From Choristocarpus tenellus KU-1152 (Eukaryota > Protista > Phaeophyceae), in NCBI GenBank assembly GCA_964200185.2, contig CAXNAD020000054.1, forward strand, positions 1 through 34,345: 34,345 nt of DNA. The letters run 5' to 3'. Positions 31,201 through 34,345 of this stretch are shown here, in pieces. The notes beneath the pieces are model-generated. The model was not told the origin of the DNA. It did no database searches and saw only the letters and a list, made by a program, of their open reading frames with translations. The translations under genes were made by a program, and so were the position numbers. Numbering within the stretch: position 1 is the stretch's first letter; each line of letters begins with the position of its first letter.

Positions 31201-33094
31201 AGAGTTTAGGAGGGGGGAGATAAACGTGAAGGCAAAAAGAATTGTTACTCCTACATAAACAAGGGTCTAGTACAGGTACATAAATTGCCAATAACTCAGC
31301 CTAACATGGACTGCAAAGGTTTTCTGCGAGCTGTCATAGCATCTTCAATAAGACTGACCAAGAATAGCAGGGAGGATCAATGGTGCTACACAGACTTGAG
31401 AATGAGAGCCTCGATCAATCCACCCCCAACCAAGTTCATAGGCAAGACCTCGAAACTCAGTCATCAATTTATGAAGAGAAGGCAATATGTAGTATTCCGT
31501 CTGTTGCGCATTGTGTTCAGGATGCTTTCTCTACATGTGGTAGCTGGCAGTTATGGCAAGCATTCAGAGGAATTTGTTCACAGGATGTCTGGGTTGTGGA
31601 CTAATGGAAAACACCACCCTTGATCGCCCCATGTGTGGTATGTGTCTCAACAATTGTCTTTATAGCAATCTGTTCTCCGTAGATTCCCTACCAACGAGTT
31701 TTCACTTTGTCCTCTAGACCATTATCGTCAAGTCCGCACACCTCTGTTTGCAAGTCCACCTCTTTCATAAAATCTATTTTTGGAACCGTGAACTTTGCAC
31801 GCCTGTTACGTTGAGGCTGGATGGAGAGGCATCGTAATGAGGCAAAAAAATAGGAACGCATCATTGTCACATAACCCAAACAAAGATGTTACTACCGAAG
31901 GCGGCAAACAAGGTCATGGAAAAACGATAAAGGAGACAGACTATGGACACCTGAAGACAGCAGCACACTTCAAATGGAGTATGTTCTTGGGCAACATCTT
32001 CTTACACTTCAGTCTCCCCCATAACATCTTGTTTGCATTTCTTAGACGAGTCTTTCCAAAAGATCGTACTTTCTTTTAGGTGGAATATAGTCATTGTAAC
32101 CCTCCTTAGAGGTATTCTCTGCTCACCGCTCCTCATCTTGTTCACAACGCCATTCTCTGCTTCTTATCCCCAAAAGTGTCCCTGTCCCCATGGGTCTTTG
32201 AGGGATTGCTCGAGGTTTCACTTTGGCTTCAAGCTGTCGAACTTGTTCACCTCTGCCATCGGGACCACTGCTGCGGTTTCCTTTGCTTTGCAGCACTTGA
32301 AAAGGCATTCCCTTGCTCAATTTACCTTCAAGGCCAACTCTATGGCTTGATAACCATAGCTTCGACCCACACATTCCTTCCCTGTACAAGCACCTGCCCC
32401 AGCATGTCGCCTGAATGAAGTCACTTAGGACAAGGTCATCGATCCCATGGTTTCTATTTGCTTATGTTTTGACTGCCCGTTTACCTTGAAATCTTTAAAG
32501 CTTCGATCCACTGTCAAGTGGGACATTTTCTTGTTGCCTCTTTTTGACGCCAAACTCCTACTCGACAACTACGACTAGTATCACGTGAAAATTGTTACGT
32601 TTTGTGTTTCAACAGATTGTTAAACTGAGAAAGGACTTTGTTCCTCACTTTCCATCAGTTAAGGTTAACAAAGTTACCAACAGAGAAAGCTGATAAAATG
32701 TTGAATTCAATCCATACTGGGAAATATGTATTTGTGGGAGTTGGAGACTGATATGTAGTGTATCTCCTCAAAAGGGTATCCTAAATTAATCCTCTTCCCA
32801 TCAATGTCTACTCTAAAATCAAGGCAATATATTCAAGTGATTAACAGATTCAACAGATGAATTTGTGACTTCACCTCTTGATACGACGTATGTAGGTTGC
32901 CCAGTCAAATATTGGCGTTAGGGGCTTCTCTGGCTCTCATTCCTAAACCTAACAGTAGAAATGAAAGCAACATTATCAATATAGGCTGATAGTCTGTAGG
33001 TTTTTCATAAGGTTTTGATAGTGGGTAGCATGTAACAAAGCTATTAGCTGAGTAGCTTAATTGTCAATCACTTACCTCTGCACGGCAGGAGTCA

Positions 33095-33326
33095 TGTGTT
33101 CCAATCTTGACGGGTTCATTCGTTTCTTTTTGGTTTGCTACAAGTGGCTGACACAGCTACGACTGACACAGTGCGACTGACACAGACATGTTCTGACATA
33201 TCTGCTGACGTGTGCAGTAGGTAACGAGGCAGGGCACCCCCCTCAAGGGATGGTGCTCACTCCACTAATAAATTAATCCATACCACACATAAAGCAAAAA
33301 CTCTATTTGAACAGCTCTTCTGCACA
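33095..33326 (+). repeat. Putative 5' LTR
   Basis: Ends in CA immediately before the PBS; contains repeated CTGACACAG motifs (33149-33200) and AATAAA (33267-33272); TG start at 33095 is tentative. Confidence 0.55.
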
Positions 33327-33337
33327 GGTTATGAGCC
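33327..33337 (+). other. Primer-binding site complementary to the anticodon region of tRNAiMet (half-tRNA priming)
   Basis: GGTTATGAGCC is the reverse complement of GGCTCATAACC, the initiator tRNA anticodon arm; it directly follows the LTR-terminal CA. Confidence 0.8.
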
Positions 33338-33905
33338 TCACAGGTATGGGAGTGGACCCAAGTAAGCTGCCACTATGGATTGGCGTGCGGGGACATACAA
33401 GGGAGAAGTGGGCAGAATGGTGGATGGCGCTGGTGAGCTATGCGGGCGGGAAGGGACTGTACCGCACCCTCCAACCCGCATACCACATCCCTGCATCTTC
33501 TACGGCGGACACATCGTTTGGAGACCGCAGCGTGTACAAGGAGCACTTCAAGCATCGTGAATTGTGGTTCCTGCTGGGACAGGCCACGAGGGGGGCCACA
33601 GCAATGGTGGTCAGCACCCACGAAAACAACAGCAGCCCCAACGGGTGGAGAGCTGGAACGGGAGGAGAGCGGTGCAGCGTCCCATGCAGCTTATAGCTCT
33701 CAAGATGAAGCTGCGGGACATGTACTGCTCATTGGTGGAGGACGCTGTGAACTTGGTCATTCGTCTTGATCACGTTTGGACCGAGTATGAGCAGCTGGAG
33801 GCAGCCAAGGAGGACCACACCCAGCAGGAGGCTCTGATCATCGGCATCAGGGACAGCATGCCACAGGTGTTTGCACAGCTGTCCACAGCTCCAGACCTCA
33901 CCTAG
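33331..33905 (+). pseudogene. gag: copia gag remnant (frameshifted)
   Basis: MSLTGMGVDPSKLPLW...ELWFLLGQATRGATAMVV...NGWRA, frameshift near 33655, then QLIALKMKL...LVIRLDHVWTEYEQL...ALIIGIRDSMPQVFAQL*; position directly after the PBS. Confidence 0.7.
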
Positions 33906-33999
33906 GACCAACTCAAAACGACATCATCTCCTCTCCTTACATGACGACGGTGGTCACGGGGGAAACGACTAGGAGCTTGGGGGCTCCTTGAGGGGGCAG

Positions 34000-34345
34000 G
34001 ATGCAGAGCAGTGGTAGGAGGTCATGGAGGAAATGGCAGGGCTATGGCAGAAGGAGACGTTTGGCGAGAAGGCCCTGCCCCAAGGGAGGAAGGCGATCAA
34101 GACGTGATTCACCTTCAAAATCAAGCGATCCGTGGAAGGGACAGTGGAATGCTATAAGGCGGGATTCGTGGCCCACGGCTTCACCCAAGACGCAGGTGTG
34201 GACTTCTTCGAAATCGTCAGCCCGGTGATGGTGTACAACACACTACGGGACGTTATACCAGTCGCAGGGTACAGAGGGTAGAGCATCGACGCCCTGGACT
34301 TCACACAGGCCTACATAAACGCAGACCTGCAGGAGGACGTCTGGC
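34000..34345 (+). pseudogene. pol: copia reverse transcriptase remnant
   Basis: DAEQW*EVMEEMAGLWQKETF...LPQGRKAIKT*FTFKIKR...YKAGFVAHGFTQDAGVDFFEIVSPV...G*SIDALDFTQAYINADLQEDVW; in-frame stops at 34015, 34105 and 34279. Confidence 0.92.

Larger units (their letters stand above)
33095..34345 (+). mobile_element. Ty1/copia LTR retrotransposon, decayed and internally deleted, truncated by window end
   Basis: LTR-like segment ending ...TGCACA (33326), PBS GGTTATGAGCC, gag-like frames, and an RVT_2-type RT (YKAGFVAHGFTQDAGVDFFE, LDFTQAYINADLQEDVW); the LTR 5' boundary is a guess. Confidence 0.88.

Noticed and set aside
31280-32560. ORF cluster, with a faint pogo/CENP-B HTH-like minus-strand segment near 32420-32540
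   Set aside because: Multiple stops, no DDE motif or TIRs found, and no consistent splice pattern.

Overview
Eukaryotic, intron-rich genomic DNA; the gene style suggests a stramenopile alga, which I cannot confirm. Most short ORFs in the supplied track are intronic noise or exon fragments. The window contains: (1) the 5' end of a minus-strand gene (ATG 319) resembling a PP2A B'' (PR72/PR70-type) regulatory subunit; (2) head-to-head with it, 213 bp away, a plus-strand gene of about 32 exons (533-23836, about 5208 nt CDS, about 1735 aa by manual splicing). Its product has the architecture MABP - uDENN/cDENN/dDENN (DENND4-like Rab GEF) - HET/TIR-like domain with an intact RAWCRAEL glutamate motif - about 8 MORN repeats; (3) a MITE-like element and many short tandem duplications in introns; (4) a downstream region of heavily decayed repeat-like sequence; (5) the 5' part of a decayed, internally deleted Ty1/copia element with a half-tRNAiMet primer-binding site, running off the window end. 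The most interesting item is the trafficking GEF fused to a HET/TIR-like putative NADase or cell-death domain. All domain calls come from my own motif recognition, not from database searches.
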